Source: the human T2T-CHM13v2.0 reference genome, Homo sapiens. Taken from it: a stretch of DNA of 64,000 nt. Positions within the stretch are counted from its first letter, which is position 1; the number at the start of each line of letters is the position of its first letter. Below, piece by piece: positions 1-15,382 of this stretch. A model generated the notes under the pieces. The model worked only from the letters and a program-made list of their open reading frames with translations, was not told where the DNA came from and did no database searches. The translations under genes were made by a program, and so were the position numbers. Location: assembly GCF_009914755.1 (NCBI RefSeq), contig NC_060930.1, one strand, 5' to 3'.

Positions 1-79
1 GCAGAGGTTGCGGTGAGCCGAGATCGTGCCATTGCACTCCAGCCTGGGCAAGAAGAGCAAAACTCCGTCTCAAAAAAAA
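1..79 (+). mobile_element. Alu 3' end, cut by the window edge
   Basis: gccgagatcgtgccattgcactccagcctggg...gtctc followed by A tail. Confidence 0.9.
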
Positions 80-368
80 GAGTCCATCTAGTCCGTGGAC
101 TAGATGAAAAGGCGTAGGTTCATTCTCGCTTTTGCCTTAATTCATGTCCTAGCTATTATACGCACTGAAGCGAGATGCAAAAACTCATTTCATAATGTCA
201 GTGGTCTATTGTATTTTTTTGTTTTGTCCTACAGCAGAAAAAAATGTTACTTCTAAAACTCAGAGAAATACTTGATTTATTTTCATTATTAGCTCTTAGT
301 GCTTGCACATTCAGATTTACATGGCCCACCAGTTAGACTGAAGACTCATGAGTCTATAATGGTAGTAG

Positions 369-683
369 TTTTCTTTTTTTCTTTTTTCTTTTTCTCTTTA
401 GAGACAGGGTCTCACCCTGTTGCCTAGGTTGAGTAGAGTGGTGCAATCACAGCTCACCGTAGCCTCCACCTCCTGGGCTCATATGATCCTCCTGTCTCAA
501 CCTCACCAGTAGCTGGGACCACAGGCATGTACCATCACACCTGGCTAATTTTTGATTTTTTATTTTTGTAGAGACAGGGTATCACTATGTTGCCCAGGCT
601 GGTCCGGAACTGGGTGCAAGCGATCTTCCTGCCTTGGCCTCCCAAAGTGCTGGGATTACAGGCGTGAGCCACTGTGACTGGCC
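369..683 (-). mobile_element. Alu (AluJ-like)
   Basis: T-rich tail, gagacagggtctc ... cccaaagtgctgggattacaggcgtgagcc. Confidence 0.9.
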
Positions 684-1394
684 TGTAATGCTACTTAAAA
701 TCTTATGCAAAAACTCTTTAAAGGGAATTGGTATTTAAAAAAAAAAATTCAGTCATGTTTAAATAGAAGAGATTTTCCCCCTTGGTCTCTATAAAAAGTA
801 AACATAACTTTTAAAATACAATGGCCCTTTGGTAAAATAATCTTTGACAGGTAACATATTAATACTGTTTTCAGCACTTTATTACCACCAGTTATGTAGT
901 AAATCCCACCAAGTATCTCCGCATTCATATTTTGTTTTAAAATCCTGTGTGAGATGTGTTTTAGATTTACTGGTGAGGAGTGCAGTCCCTGGGGTCTGTA
1001 AGCCAGAGGTTTCTCATCTGTCAGTAGGAATGATAACACCAACTTGGAAGGTTTGTGTCTCTGGTGCCTTGTCTGGCTACAGAGTAGGCCCTTAAGTATT
1101 TCACCCCCCTGTTAGGTCCATGTCTGAATTCCAATCATAGGTGCAATGGGAAGTTGAATATTTAGTAACTGAAGTACAATATGGAAAAACAGAAATAGAG
1201 AACACATTTGGTATTCATGTCCCAAAAACTTTAGGGAGAAATTGATCACCTGACCATTTGGTATTCAAGGTCCCAAATACTTTGGGGAAAAATTTGTGGT
1301 ATTAAAATCAGGTATCAATTACTTGATAACTCCTTGACTTTCGATGTTACCCTGGCAGGTTCAAAGGGATGACCTTGATTTTTTTTCTCTTTAG

Positions 1395-1452
1395 GCTGTG
1401 GAACCCTACTAATATTGGATCCAGATGAAGCTGGGCTAAGGCTTTTTAGAAG
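1395..1452 (+). CDS. PEX7: PEX7 coding exon 2 (58 nt; (G)CGTLLILDPDEAGLRLFR(S))
   Basis: ttttctctttag| acceptor and AG|gtaagg donor; translation matches recalled human PEX7; phases join exon 3 in frame. Confidence 0.96.
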
Positions 1453-1589
1453 GTAAGGGGGCTGAAATTATTAAAGGTATATATTGTTGCTATTAAAGCC
1501 TTAATAGAATTAGGTTTTGACTCTTTGATTAATGTTTTAATATACAGTATAAAAGGAACCTTGGCGTTTGCATAGGATGAAGCTTATTT

Positions 1590-2180
1590 TTAGCTGATTG
1601 TGGTGGTGCGCACCTGTAGTCCCAGCTATTCCCAAGTCTGAGGCAGAAGGATCACTTGAGGCCGGGAGTTCAAGACCAGCCTCGTGGGCAACATAGGAGG
1701 ACCCCGTCTCTAAAAGAAATTTTTTTTTTTTATGCACAGAGTCTGGCTCTGTCACCCAGGCTGGAGTACAGTGGCGCCATCTTGGCTCAGTGCAGTCTTC
1801 CCCTCCTGGGTTCAAGTGATTCTCCTGCCTCAGCCTCCCAAGTAGCTGGGATTATAGGTGCCCGCCACCACACCCGGCTAATTTTTGTATTTTTTAGTAG
1901 AGATGGGGTTTCATCATTTTGGCCAGGCTGGTCTCAAACTCCTGACCTCAGGTGATCTGCCCACCTTGGCCTCCCAAAGTGGGTATTATATGCGTGAGCC
2001 ACTGGGCCCAGCCTAAAAATTTTTTTAATTTTTAGGCCGTAGTCCCAGCTACTTGGGAAGCTGAGGTGGGAGGATTGCTTGAGTCCAGTTCAAGGCTGTA
2101 GTGAGCTGTGATTGGGCCACTACACTCCAGCCTGGATGACAGAACAAGACTCTTTCTCTCAAATAAAAAACAAAACAAAT
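1590..2180 (+). mobile_element. Old AluJ-like element split by an antisense Alu (arms about 1590-1715 and 2034-2180)
   Basis: left monomer ends gtctctaaaag; right monomer resumes gtagtcccagctac and ends in an A tail. Confidence 0.75.
1720..2013 (-). mobile_element. AluS-like element inserted in the middle A-rich linker of the AluJ
   Basis: full reverse-complement Alu with cctgacctcaggtgatc; flanks taaaagaaattttt / taaaaattttt. Confidence 0.9.
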
Positions 2181-2494
2181 CTGAAGCCTGTCTCTTAGTG
2201 TCCACTCATAAATTATAAAATTTAAACATAAAAAAATGTGGAGCAGTATACTGTGTACTATTACATTTTTGGACTACTACATTCCACTGGACTGTTTTTT
2301 TTAACCTTTCTGAATCTGTTGCCATATTTGTCAAGTACCTACTCTACTTAACTCCCGTAGTTGTGCAGATTACATGAGATATACGTGTTAAAATGTGTGA
2401 TAAATTGAAAGAAAAAAAACCATAATTGTTATTTTTTTTGTTGTGTAGCTGCCTATGTAAGTGTTGTATTTTTTTGTTGTTTGTTTTTTCCTAG

Positions 2495-2701
<207 letters not shown>

Positions 2702-3683
2702 TGAAATCCATTTGGGGATGGACACATGGAGAAATATCTTCAGGGGACAAGTTTAAACGTTAGCATTTCTTATACATACTAGATGTCACTTATTATTTGA
2801 TTATTCAAACATAAAGTACCTCTTGGCCTAAGGAGTGGGGAAAGAAAAGAAAAGGTCAGTCTTCTCATTAGGCAGAAAGAACACCTCCAGCAGTGTACTC
2901 TGGCACCATTTCCTCCTGAGAGGCCCATCACTTTCTTTGTGCTCTAAGAATGTGCTTGCCACATGGTGCCTTAAGGTAGAGGTAGGTGGACTTTTCACAT
3001 AGACATCACAAGATTGCCTTTGGGGCTTCAGTGAGATTCCCGAGGTGTTTCAGAGTATATTGGAGCAAGAGCATAAAATACTGAGTATGAGGCAGAACTT
3101 ACTGAAGGGATTTTATATCTAAATCTGGTTCATGTGTCTAGATTTTGTGTGTGTGTATGTATAGCATAGAAAATAGTTTGGGCTTCAGTTGTACTAACAT
3201 ACATGTATATTTTCAGTGAACATAAAGACATCCTCTTTTTGTGTTTTTACCTTAAATGTTTTAAGATTTTCCTTAAGGGAGCAGTACATCCTTCAGATGA
3301 AAACTTGCTAATCTACTTTCAAATTTTTGTCCACCACAGTGCCTGGCCCGAGAAGGCCCTCAATAAATGCTTATTAGATGCAAGAATATCAGTCTTTTGT
3401 GGTAAAGATTAGTTATGTGAGGGGTCCAGATGTTTTATAGCTGTAGCTATTGACAATCAAGATTTCTAAGATTGTTACTGAAATAATGAAAAATTTTAGT
3501 TTCTATTTTAATTATGATAGCTATTTGAATAAATGTAGTTGTAAATTACTATGTTTTCAGGGAATTACTGAATATTAAGACAATTTTGGTAAAGGAGAAA
3601 TTTTAGTTTCAGGATAATCAATGCACGAATCTCTACAGAACAGTATGTCCAAAATTCAGATACTTTTGTGGAACCTGTGTGAA

Positions 3684-3685
<2 letters not shown>

Positions 3686-3728
<43 letters not shown>
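3686..3728. repeat. (TG)n microsatellite, about 21 units, at the Alu tail position
   Basis: perfect tg run. Confidence 0.97.
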
Positions 3729-4083
<355 letters not shown>

Positions 4084-5373
4084 TAGTTTTTGTGATGTTT
4101 GACATCTTTTTATACCACTTGTATTATAATGTATTTCTTTTCCTTCTTTCTTTTTTAAAAAATATTTTTCTTTTCAGAAGTTTTTTTTTTCCTTTTTCTT
4201 AAATCTTTGGTGCCTTTTATTATCTATATAAATTCAAGGATGATAACTGACATCATAAAATAATATAGCTAGTTAAGGTAAATTCAATATATTGACTTAA
4301 TGTTTTTCTTTCAATCAAGTAAAGTCGTTGCTTCATTTATCCTAAAACAGTAATATTCATGAAACAATGGGGTTGATGGCTACTTTAGTATGTACATTTA
4401 TTTGTTTTTAGTGTACATTGAGATAAGTAAGTAATGAATAAAATAAATGTATGTACCAGTTAAAATAATCTCTGGTGTAACTACTCTCTGGAAAATACTG
4501 TTCTAGGATATCCTGGATGGATGCTCACTCAGTCTTTACTTCCTGTCAGTGAAAGTAAATTTCACTTTCTCTTGAGATAACTTATTTGACTTTTAGGTTG
4601 TTCTGATTATTAAGAAACTGCTTCTTGTAATCCCAACTCTACCTTCTATAGCAACCAACTGCTGCTTTTAGTGTCTTTCTCTGAAGTGGCAAGACCAGGT
4701 CCAGCCCCTCTTGTCCAGGAAACCTCTTGAAAATAGCCATCGTGCTCTCTTCCAGACTGTGCACTTGTCATTTCATTGTCCTGTCCTCAGATGACATGAT
4801 CTGTACGTCTTTCATCCTTCTGATAGCCTCCTTTGATAATCCTGTTTTTCAACTCCCCTTTCAACATATACCTAATTTATTCCAGAAATGTGATGAAGGG
4901 CTAAGCTTTATAAGATTTTACCACCATAGTCTTGAGCCCCTAGCTCTAATAATATTACCTAAAGTGGCTATACATTGTTCTCAGCCATGTCTTAGTGTTA
5001 GGTTACTTTGAGTCTGCTAGTAACACACTTACCTCTTTTGTTATTTGAACTGCTATTAAACCAGTTTTACATCATTCTGTGATTTTGCAGCTGATTTCTT
5101 GAACCGAAGACACACTTCTGTTTTTTAATTTTTTAAATTTGTTTTGCGTACTGCTATTCTAGTTAGACTTCCTCGTTTTCTTTTCAAATGCACTTTTTGG
5201 TAAGCGTTTGTATCAGGATGCCTTGAATGTTAGTGTAATAGAAAACAATTAAATGGCTTCAACAGTCAGAGTTTACTGTTTCACATATTTTGCTTGGTTA
5301 TGTGAAAAATAAATGAAGATAACCTTTTTAGGTATTTGTTACAGCAGCACCCCTAATTCTTGGCACCAGTTTC

Positions 5374-5740
5374 TGCCTCAGTCTGTTCAGGCTGCTGTAA
5401 CAAAGTATTATAGACTGGGTGCCTTATAAAGAACAGAAATTTATTTCTTACTATTCTGGAGGTTGGAAGTCCAAGGTCAGGGTGCCCACATGTTTGGGTT
5501 CTGATGAGGGCCCTCTTTTAGGTCAAAGACTACTGCTGTCTTTTCATTGTATCTGCAGGTGGTGGAAAGAGAATGAGAGAGGTTTGGGAAATCCCTTTTA
5601 TAAGAGCACTAATCCCATTCATGAGGGCTCTACATTCATGACCTAATTACCCCCCAGAGGCCCTACGTCCTAAAACCATTACACTGGGGGGTTAAGATTT
5701 CAACATGTGGGTTTTGTGGGGATATATTCAGTCCATTGCA
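5374..5740 (-). mobile_element. MaLR solo LTR (MLT1A/MSTD-like)
   Basis: agtctgttcaggctgctgtaacaaa ... ttctggaggttggaagtccaaggtc ... attcagtccattgca. Confidence 0.75.
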
Positions 5741-5832
5741 TATGCCAGATACTCAAAAATACTTAAAAGGATTTAAGCTCAAATGAGAGTTTTAAGGAGC
5801 TAGTAAATATTTGTTGAATAAATTAATAAATG

Positions 5833-6139
<307 letters not shown>

Positions 6140-7258
6140 GTTGATAATGAACATAGCCAATTTCTGTTTTTTTTTTTTCCACCAGTATGTTCAGGGAAGC
6201 TGTGTTGTGAAATAGAAGAGCAACTAATGGGTCATTTTCTTCTGTGGAAGAGAGTATATAATAAAGACGTATAGCATGGTTTTAGTCAATCTTGGATTTG
6301 AATCCCAGCTTTGTAAGTTACCTGTTGTGAGACCTTGCGTATGTCACATATTTTTCCTAAACTTGAGTGTTTTTATTTGCAAACTAAGTTTATTAGTAGT
6401 CTGTATCACAGACCAGCATTGAATAAATATGAGCTAGTATTATTATTTGCTCTTATTATAATAGGGTTTGAAAAATGTAAAACAAGTTAGAACTTTTCCA
6501 GTTACCCACTTTACCACTTGATGGCTATGTGTCCAACAGTCAATTTTCAAGTTGTCAGATGAAGCAAAAAAGAGAAATCCAAGATTTAGATATATTTTAG
6601 GCTTTGAGGAGTGAAGGTCTTGGTGAAATGAAAAGAAAGAAAAACATGGACATTATCTGTGTGAATGGTTGCTAAACCTAGCATCGAAGTAGGAATCAAA
6701 TTCTTCTGTCTATTGTTTAACTGGTGTCTGCAGAGGTCATTATGTCTTTTGAGTCCCATAAAATGCCTTTGGCTTTGCTTATTCTAATGCTGCTGAATAT
6801 ATAATAAAAATTTTTAAAAGTTCAGTGAGAATAGAAAAATAAGAGTGAATTGACAATTTTATTTCACTGCTTTCTGACTTAAAACACTGTGCTACTGAGA
6901 GTGAGTTAAAGTGACTTTAAAGATGACATAAATCAATGTAATATATTAATTTCTAATTTTCAGACTAATGAGTTGGCTTATCACAATTTAAAAATGAGTT
7001 AAAATTTGTTCTCATAGTCAAATAACAAGGTTTATCAATTTGCTGAATTTTTATAACATATTTGATCCATTGAGGTTTTTGAGCATTGCTTATAAAAACT
7101 TATTTTTGACCTAAGTATACAACTATTAGTATTCTGTTATGGAGGAAATGTATTTGCTTATACATTTCAAGAGTTAAAATCTTGTTTACTTTAAAAAATG
7201 AATCAATTATTTACTTTTTGATAATGATAGAAGCTGAGAAGTCAATAATGATAGGTAT

Positions 7259-9572
7259 TGTATTAGTCTGTTTTCACATTGTTATAAAGAAATACCTGAG
7301 AGTGGGTAATTTATAAAGGAAAGAGGTTTAATTGACTCACAGTTCCACATGACTGGGGAGGCCTCAGGAAACTTAAAATTATGGCAGAAGGTGAAGGGGA
7401 AGTAGATAACCTTCTTCACAAGGCAGCAGGAGAGAGAGAAAGAGAGAGAGAGAAAGCAGGGGAAACTGCCACTTTTAAAGCCATCAGATCTTTTGAGAAC
7501 TCCCTCACTATCACAAGAACAGCATGGGGGAAACTGCCCCCATGATCCGATCACTTCCTACCGGGTTCCTCCCTGGACACATGGGGATTACAATTCAAGA
7601 TGAGATTTGGGTGGGGATATAAAGCCAAACCATATCATTCCACTCCTGGCGCCTCCCAAATTTCATGTCTTTTTCACATTTCAAAACCAATCATGACTTT
7701 CCAACAGTCCCCCAAAGTCTTAACTTATTCCAGCATTAACCCAAAAGTCCAAGTCCAAAGTCTCATCTGAGACAAGGCAAGTCCCTTTTGCCTATGAGCC
7801 TATAAAATAAAAAACAAGTTAGTTACTTCTAAGATACAGTAGGGCTATAGGCATTAGCTAAATGTTTCAAATGGGAGAAATTGGCCAAAACAAAGGGGCC
7901 ACAGGCCCCATGCAAGTCTGAAACCCAGCAGTGCAGTTACTAAATCTTAAAGCTCTGAAATGATCTCCTTTGACTCCATATCTCACATCCAAGGGGTAGG
8001 CTCCCATGGCCTTGGGCAGCTCTACCCTTGTAGCTCTGAAAGGTGCAGTCCTTATGGCTGCTTTCACTGGCTGGCATTGAGTGCCTGTGGCTTTTCCAGC
8101 TGTACAATACAAGCTGTCAGTGAATCTACCTTTCTGGGGCCTGGGGGACAGTGGCTCTCTCCTCACAACTCCAGTAGGCAGTGCCCCAGTGGGGACTGTG
8201 TGGGGCCTTCAACCCCACATTTTCCTTCTGTACTGCCCTAGCAAAGGTTCTCCATGAGGGCTCCTCCCTTGCAGCAGACTTCTGCCTGGACATTCAGGTG
8301 TTTCCATACATCCTCTGAAATTTAGGTGGAGGTTAAACTCTTGTCTTCTAAACTCTTCTTGTCTTCTGTGTACCCACAGACCCAACACCACATGGAAGCT
8401 GCCAAGGTTTAGGGCTTGCACCCTCAGAAGCAATGGCTTGAGCTGTACCTTGGCTCCTTTTAGCCATGGCTGGAGCTAGAGCAGCTGGATGCAGGGCACC
8501 ATGTCTTGAGGCTGCACAGAGCAGCAGGGCCACTCAGGCCCACAAAACCATTTTTCCCTCCTAGGCCGCTGGGCCTGTGATGGGAGGGGCTTCTGCAAAT
8601 GTCTCTGACATGCCTTGGATACATTTTTCCCATTGTTTTGGCTATTAATATTTGGCTCCTTGTTACTTATACAAATTTCTGCAGCAGGTTTGAATTTCCC
8701 CCCAAGAAATAGGTTTTTCTTTTCTACCTCATGGTTAGGTTGCAAATTTTCTGAACTTTTATGCTGTGCTTCCCTTTTAAATATAAGTTCCAAATTCAAA
8801 TAATCTCTTCATGAATGCATGTGACTATACACTTTTAGAAACAACCGGGTCACTTCTTGAATGCTTTGGTGCTTAGAAATCTCTTTCACCAGACACTCTA
8901 AATCATCTCTCTCAAATTCAAGCTTCCACGGATCTCTAGGGCAGGGGCAAAATGCCACCAGTCTCTTTGCTAAAGCATTGCATGAATGACCTTTACTCCA
9001 GTTCCCAGTAAGTTCGTCATCTCTATTTGAGACCACCTCAGCCTGAACTTCATTGTTCATATCACTATTAGCATTTTGTTCAGAACCATTAAAGAAGTCT
9101 TTAAGAATTTCCAAACTTTCCCACATCTTCCTGTCTTCTTCTGAGCCCTCACACTGTTCCAGCCTCTGCCCGTTACCCAGTTCCAAAGTTGCTTTGACAT
9201 TTTCAGATTATCTTTATAGCAGTACCTCACTATCCTGGTACCAATTCTCTATATTAGTCCTTTTTCACACTGCTATAAAGAAATACCTGAGGCTGGGTAA
9301 TTTATAAAGGAAAGAGGCTTAATTGACTCACAGTTCTGCATGACTGGGGAGGCCTTAGGAAACTTACAATCATGGTGGAAGCAGACACCTTCTTCAGAAG
9401 GTGACAGGAGAGAGAGAGCAAGGGAAACTGCCACTTTTAAAAGCATCAGATCACATGAAAACTCACGATCACTAGAACAGCATGGGGGAAACTGCACCCA
9501 TGATCCAGTCACCTCCTACCAGGTCCCTCCTTCGACACGTGGGGATTACAATTCAAGATGAGATCCGTATCA
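7259..9572 (-). mobile_element. Two-LTR MaLR element, THE1D/MSTA-like: LTR 7259-7637, internal 7638-9249, LTR 9250-9572
   Basis: two homologous LTRs (t(g/a)tattagtc ... cc(a/g)tatca) around about 1.6 kb of internal sequence; minus-strand ORF fragments 8809..9186 and 8476..8799 resemble the MaLR internal ORF. Confidence 0.88.
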
Positions 9573-10366
9573 GGTGCCAATAAAAAATATTAATGCAGAA
9601 TGACAACCAGTCCTGCATTTAAAACTAGTGTGTTTTCTTCAGAAATGCATTTATGTTTAAGACTACACAACACATTTATCAACTGAAGGCATTTTTTTCT
9701 TTGCATCCTGTTTCTTTTTTAAAAATTGAGGAAATAGTTGGACTTGATATATTTCTTTTTGCATATTTAGTCATGCCCAGCCATTCATTTTGGAATAGGT
9801 TACTGCAGTAAGATTTTATTACAATTGATAATAGCCATTTAAAGCTTTTCCCTGTAAAGATTGTGATTGTACAGAAAAATAGTTTCTAGTTAGATGTCAC
9901 TTGAATCAATTCTCCCTTTTTGGATTTTACTGCCATTAGGATGTGATATGTCATCACTTTTCAATTCTCATGTTTTAAAAGCATTTACCTTCTTTTGGCT
10001 TTGTTTTATATTTTAAAGTTTAGACTTGTATTAAAAAAGGCAGACCTGTCTCTACTTGTAGCACATATTATATGCCAGGCATGTGCCAGTCATTGAAGAT
10101 GTAGGTATAAATAAGACTCATGTGCTGTTCTCTGATTGTAGTTTGGGACATGCAGACAAACCATTTAGGGTCCCACGTAAATTAAAAAACAACAACAACA
10201 AAAAAAACAACCATTCCGTACAACATGATAGATATTGAAAAGAGGTATCTAGAAGGTACACAGAGAGGAGAACCAGGGACTGCCACAGAAGAGTTGCTAT
10301 TTGACCTGAGTCTTGGGTAGTTAGTAGTTTTTAGTAGTTTGCTAGGTAGCCCTAAGGGAAAGGGAC

Positions 10367-10695
10367 ATTTTTTGTTTTGTTTTTATCTTGAGATGGAGTC
10401 TCACTCTGTTGCCCAGGCAGACTGCAGTGGCACAATCTCAGTTCACTGCAACCTCTGACTCCTGAGGCAAGCAATCCTCTGGCCTCCTGAGCTCGAGCAA
10501 TCCTCCTGCTTCAGCCTCCTAAGTAGCTGGGACTATAGGCGCTTGCCACCATGCCTGGCTAATTTTTGAATTTTTTGTAGAGATGGGGTTTCTCCATGTT
10601 GCCCAGGCTGGTCTGGAACACTTGGGCTCAAGCAATCCACTTGCCTTGGCCTCCCAAAGTCCTGGGATTATAGGCATGAGCCACCACACCCAACT
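10367..10695 (-). mobile_element. Alu (AluJ-like) with a small internal duplication
   Basis: reverse-complement Alu; cctga...agcaatcctc repeated at about 10460-10506. Confidence 0.88.
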
Positions 10696-11112
10696 GAAAA
10701 GGACATTTCTGATGGAGAAGAGCCTCTACAAAAGTTAAGATTTGTGAAAGAGCGTGGCATGTCCACACAACCAGATGTCCTTTGATGTGCCTGGAGCATA
10801 GAGTGTGTGTACTAGGAGATGGTGTAATGGAGGTGGGTAAGGATCATATCCTAATGGGCCTTGAATACCTGGATGGTGGGGGTTGGACTTTATGCTTTGA
10901 AAATTCAGGAGAAAGATGGATTGTGTAGATTTTGGGCCACACACTGTGGGCAGAAAACAGGACATACATGTATAGGTAAGTATTAGCCATTTTCTACTTA
11001 ATCTGCTTCTTTAAGTATTAGCTGTTAGGTAGGACTAGACTACAATTCAGGCATTTGGAATTTTAATACTTAACATAAAAAAGGTGTGCAAAGGCTTGTC
11101 TTAACTCTTTAG

Positions 11113-11883
<771 letters not shown>

Positions 11884-12848
11884 CTTGACTTGGTAAGTGT
11901 TCAATTCTAATGACCTTCGTAAGTGTGTTATCTAGTAATTTGGAGATTGCAATATTCAAAATATAGATTTAAAAAACCTTTAATAAAAGGAGCGATTTGA
12001 TTTACCTTGCAAAATCATTATTCCCAACCCATTATCTAACCTCAAAGTTTCTAAAATTTTTTAAAGAAGAGAAAATGATAGTTTTAAATAGATGGAAACT
12101 ATAATAGAATATGTTCAGATAGAGAAGGACTTTGAAGCATGACTGCTGCTACTATATCTGTAGTCTCTCTCATACACACAGTGTAGGTGTCAACACTATG
12201 CATGTCTCTGAAGTGAGTTAGTGAGTGAATTGTAGATAGAAATTAAAATCCCCATCTCTGATTTTAGAATCTATTAAAAAGCATATGTAGGAGAATTATG
12301 CAATCTTATTTGAGAACTTATATGAAACTGGAAATTAGTTTTGCTGCAAGCTAATATGAGGTGAAATTATTGGTAGAGCTATGTAAATATATGTAAAATT
12401 TGTTTTACATAAAGAGAGGAATAGAAGCATATATATTTAACTATAGCTGTTATATATTATAAATATATATAGTGTATATACATTTCAAAAAGAAACAATG
12501 GAAAAATAATTCAAAAACTAATAAAAATGGTTACCTTGAAAGAGGGGGTAAGGTAGAAAGCAGGGGAAGGGGGACCAGAATGGAAATAAGATTTCTTCAG
12601 ATATAACTTGTATTATAGTTTTGACCTTGGAACCATTGAAATGTTTTATGTAATTAAGAATCCCAATATGTTAATAAGTTGGAAAGAAAAAGCAATTGCT
12701 AAAAATTGAAAACAAGCACATTAATCTAAAGATCTATCAAATTGGTGCCATAACTAGGTATTGAAAATAATTATTCAAGTGACTTTAAAAACCCAGTATT
12801 GTGATTATACATTCCTAATAAGATCAGTCTAATGAACAAAAATAATTA

Positions 12849-13147
12849 GGCCTGGGCATAGTGGTTCACGCCTGTAATCCCAGCACTTTGGGAGATCAAG
12901 GCGAATGGGTCACTTGAGGCCAGGAGTTCGAGACCAGCCTGGCCAACATGTTGAAACCCCATCTCTACTAAAAATACAAAAATTAGCCGGGTGTGGTGGT
13001 GAACATCTGTAATCTCGGCTACTTAGGAGGCTGAGGCAGGAGAATCGCTTGAACCCGGGAGGCAGAGTTTGCAGTGAGTGAAATCATGCCACTGCACTCC
13101 AGCCTGGGCAACAGAGTGAGACTCTTGTCACAAGAAACAAAAACAAA
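12849..13147 (+). mobile_element. Alu (AluS-like)
   Basis: both monomers and A tail. Confidence 0.9.
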
Positions 13148-13266
13148 GAATTGGAAAGAAATTTGAAACTGCATTCAAAAAAATTAACATTGTTACTTTG
13201 AAACTCATATGTACCTTGTAGGATAAGGCATATCAGTAATTATGTCATTAGAAACTGAAAGTTTTA

Positions 13267-13553
<287 letters not shown>

Positions 13554-13990
13554 AGAAACTGAAAGTTTTAAAGTGAGAGAAAAGCGTTATGAGAATAAAG
13601 AAGTAGAAGCGATCTTAAAGTTAAATGGGGAATAGTTATATAAACTTGTGATTTATTTTTCTCTGTCTAAAAAAAGTACATATTTCTTTGTTTTTTGCAC
13701 AGTAAAGATTTAGAAGCAGTGACAACTGAGTAGCAGTGAATATTCTTAGTGCCCTGAGTATGGCCTCTAAATACTGTTTGCCACTAACAGGAATAGTGTC
13801 TTTGGAGAAGTCATTTATTCCAGAGCTGAGCAGGAATGCAAGATATCTTCTTGTGTCAGAAAGCAGGAAAGCTATGAAAGGCCGCTGGAGACATATCAAA
13901 GGTTTAGAAGGTACAACTTGAAGGGACTCTCACTGGCCGAAGATGAGACTATTGGAACAACCAAAAGAATGAAAGCAATGAATTTAAACG

Positions 13991-13991
<1 letters not shown>

Positions 13992-14026
<35 letters not shown>
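13992..14026. repeat. (CA)n microsatellite, about 17 units
   Basis: perfect ca run. Confidence 0.97.
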
Positions 14027-14028
<2 letters not shown>

Positions 14029-14379
14029 ACATGTATTTTCAGTCCTTACGTGGAGATGGAGTTGTGATTAGGAAAAATGTAGTCACCATTGAAGATTATT
14101 AGGACATCCAGCTCATTATTCTGAAAATTGATAAACAAAAGTAAAGAATCAGTGCATTTACTTTCCCTTTCTTGTATGAGTTTTATTGTGGTATTATAAA
14201 ATAGTTGATAAGAAAAGTTCTTGCTAATAGAGTTCTAGCTAATAAATGCAGAAGGAATAACAGAATTAGAAAATCACTATTTAGTAGCCCGTAATGAAAT
14301 AATGATTAGGCAGGGATCATGTGGATGCTAAAACCATTAGTTTAAGATTGAAACATTCTGTGAACAATCTTAGGATCAC

Positions 14380-15060
14380 TAAAAGTGGGTCAACCAGAAA
14401 TTATATGCCTCCTAATATAATTGGAAGCTAAAAAACATGAACTGAATCTGATTAAGCCTCCAGATCTAACTTCTAATTTAAAGGAAATTGGAAGGGTAGA
14501 GAAAAAAGTTAATTACCACCATGAGGAAACATTTGGGATAATCCAGAAGGCAAGACATTCTACAAGACCAATAACTTGGTTTTTTCAACAAGTAAATGTT
14601 ATGGGATGTGGGGCAGAAAGAGCAAGGTGTCAGGAGGAGGACTGTCCTAGCTTAGAGGATACTTAAGAGACATAACAGCTAAGTGTAAAATGTGGGTCTT
14701 GTTTGGGTACTGATTCAAATAAGCCGACTGTAAAAGAAACATTTTTGGGACAGTCAGGGAAATATGAATAAGGACTGAGTGTTAAATGATATTAAGTAGC
14801 CATTGTTAATCTTGTTGGGGTGAAATTGGCCTGTGCTTATGTAAAAAAAGATAAACCAGCCTTACCTGCTGAAGTATTTAGGAATAAAAGGTCTGATGTT
14901 AGAATACTCCAGCAGTCAGTCATTCAGTCAGTAATGGGACAGAAGAAACATGATGGGCAACATGTTGATTATTATGGAAGGTGTGTAATGGGTGCCTGGG
15001 GGTTTATTATACTATTCTCTCTACTTTTATGCATGTTTTAAAATTTCCGTAATGAAAAAA
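14380..15060 (+). mobile_element. Old L1M (L1MC/ME-like) 3' fragment
   Basis: ends ggggtttattatactattctctctacttttatgcatgtttt...taatgaaaaa, typical of old L1M 3' ends. Confidence 0.55.
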
Positions 15061-15079
15061 CCTGAAAATTTAAGTTTCA

Positions 15080-15382
15080 GGGCTGGGTATGGTGGCTCAT
15101 GCATGTAATTCCAGCACTTTGGAAGGCCTAGGCAGGGGGATTACATGAGCCCAGGATTTAGAGACCAGCCTGGGTAACATGGTAAAACCCTGTCTCTACA
15201 AAAAATTAAAAAATTAGCTGGTGTTGTGGTGTGCACCTGTGGTCCCAGCTACCCGGGAGGTTGAGGTGGGAGGATCAATTGAGCCCAGAAGGTGGAGGCT
15301 GCAGTGAGCTGTGCTCGTTCGTGGCACTGCACTCCAGCCTGGGTAACAGAGTGAGATCCTGTCTCAAAAGAGAAAAAAAAGA
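15080..15382 (+). mobile_element. AluJ-like element with a 16-bp TSD
   Basis: TSD gaaaatttaagtttca at 15064-15079 and 15383-15398. Confidence 0.92.

Noticed and set aside
7541-7555. DUX4 site in the THE1/MST LTRs
   Set aside because: The expected TGATTCAATTA-like position reads tgatccgatca here and tgatccagtca in the other LTR, both degenerate.
7867-9561. Cluster of 60-125 aa ORFs
   Set aside because: Decayed MaLR internal ORF and LTR sequence in several broken frames.
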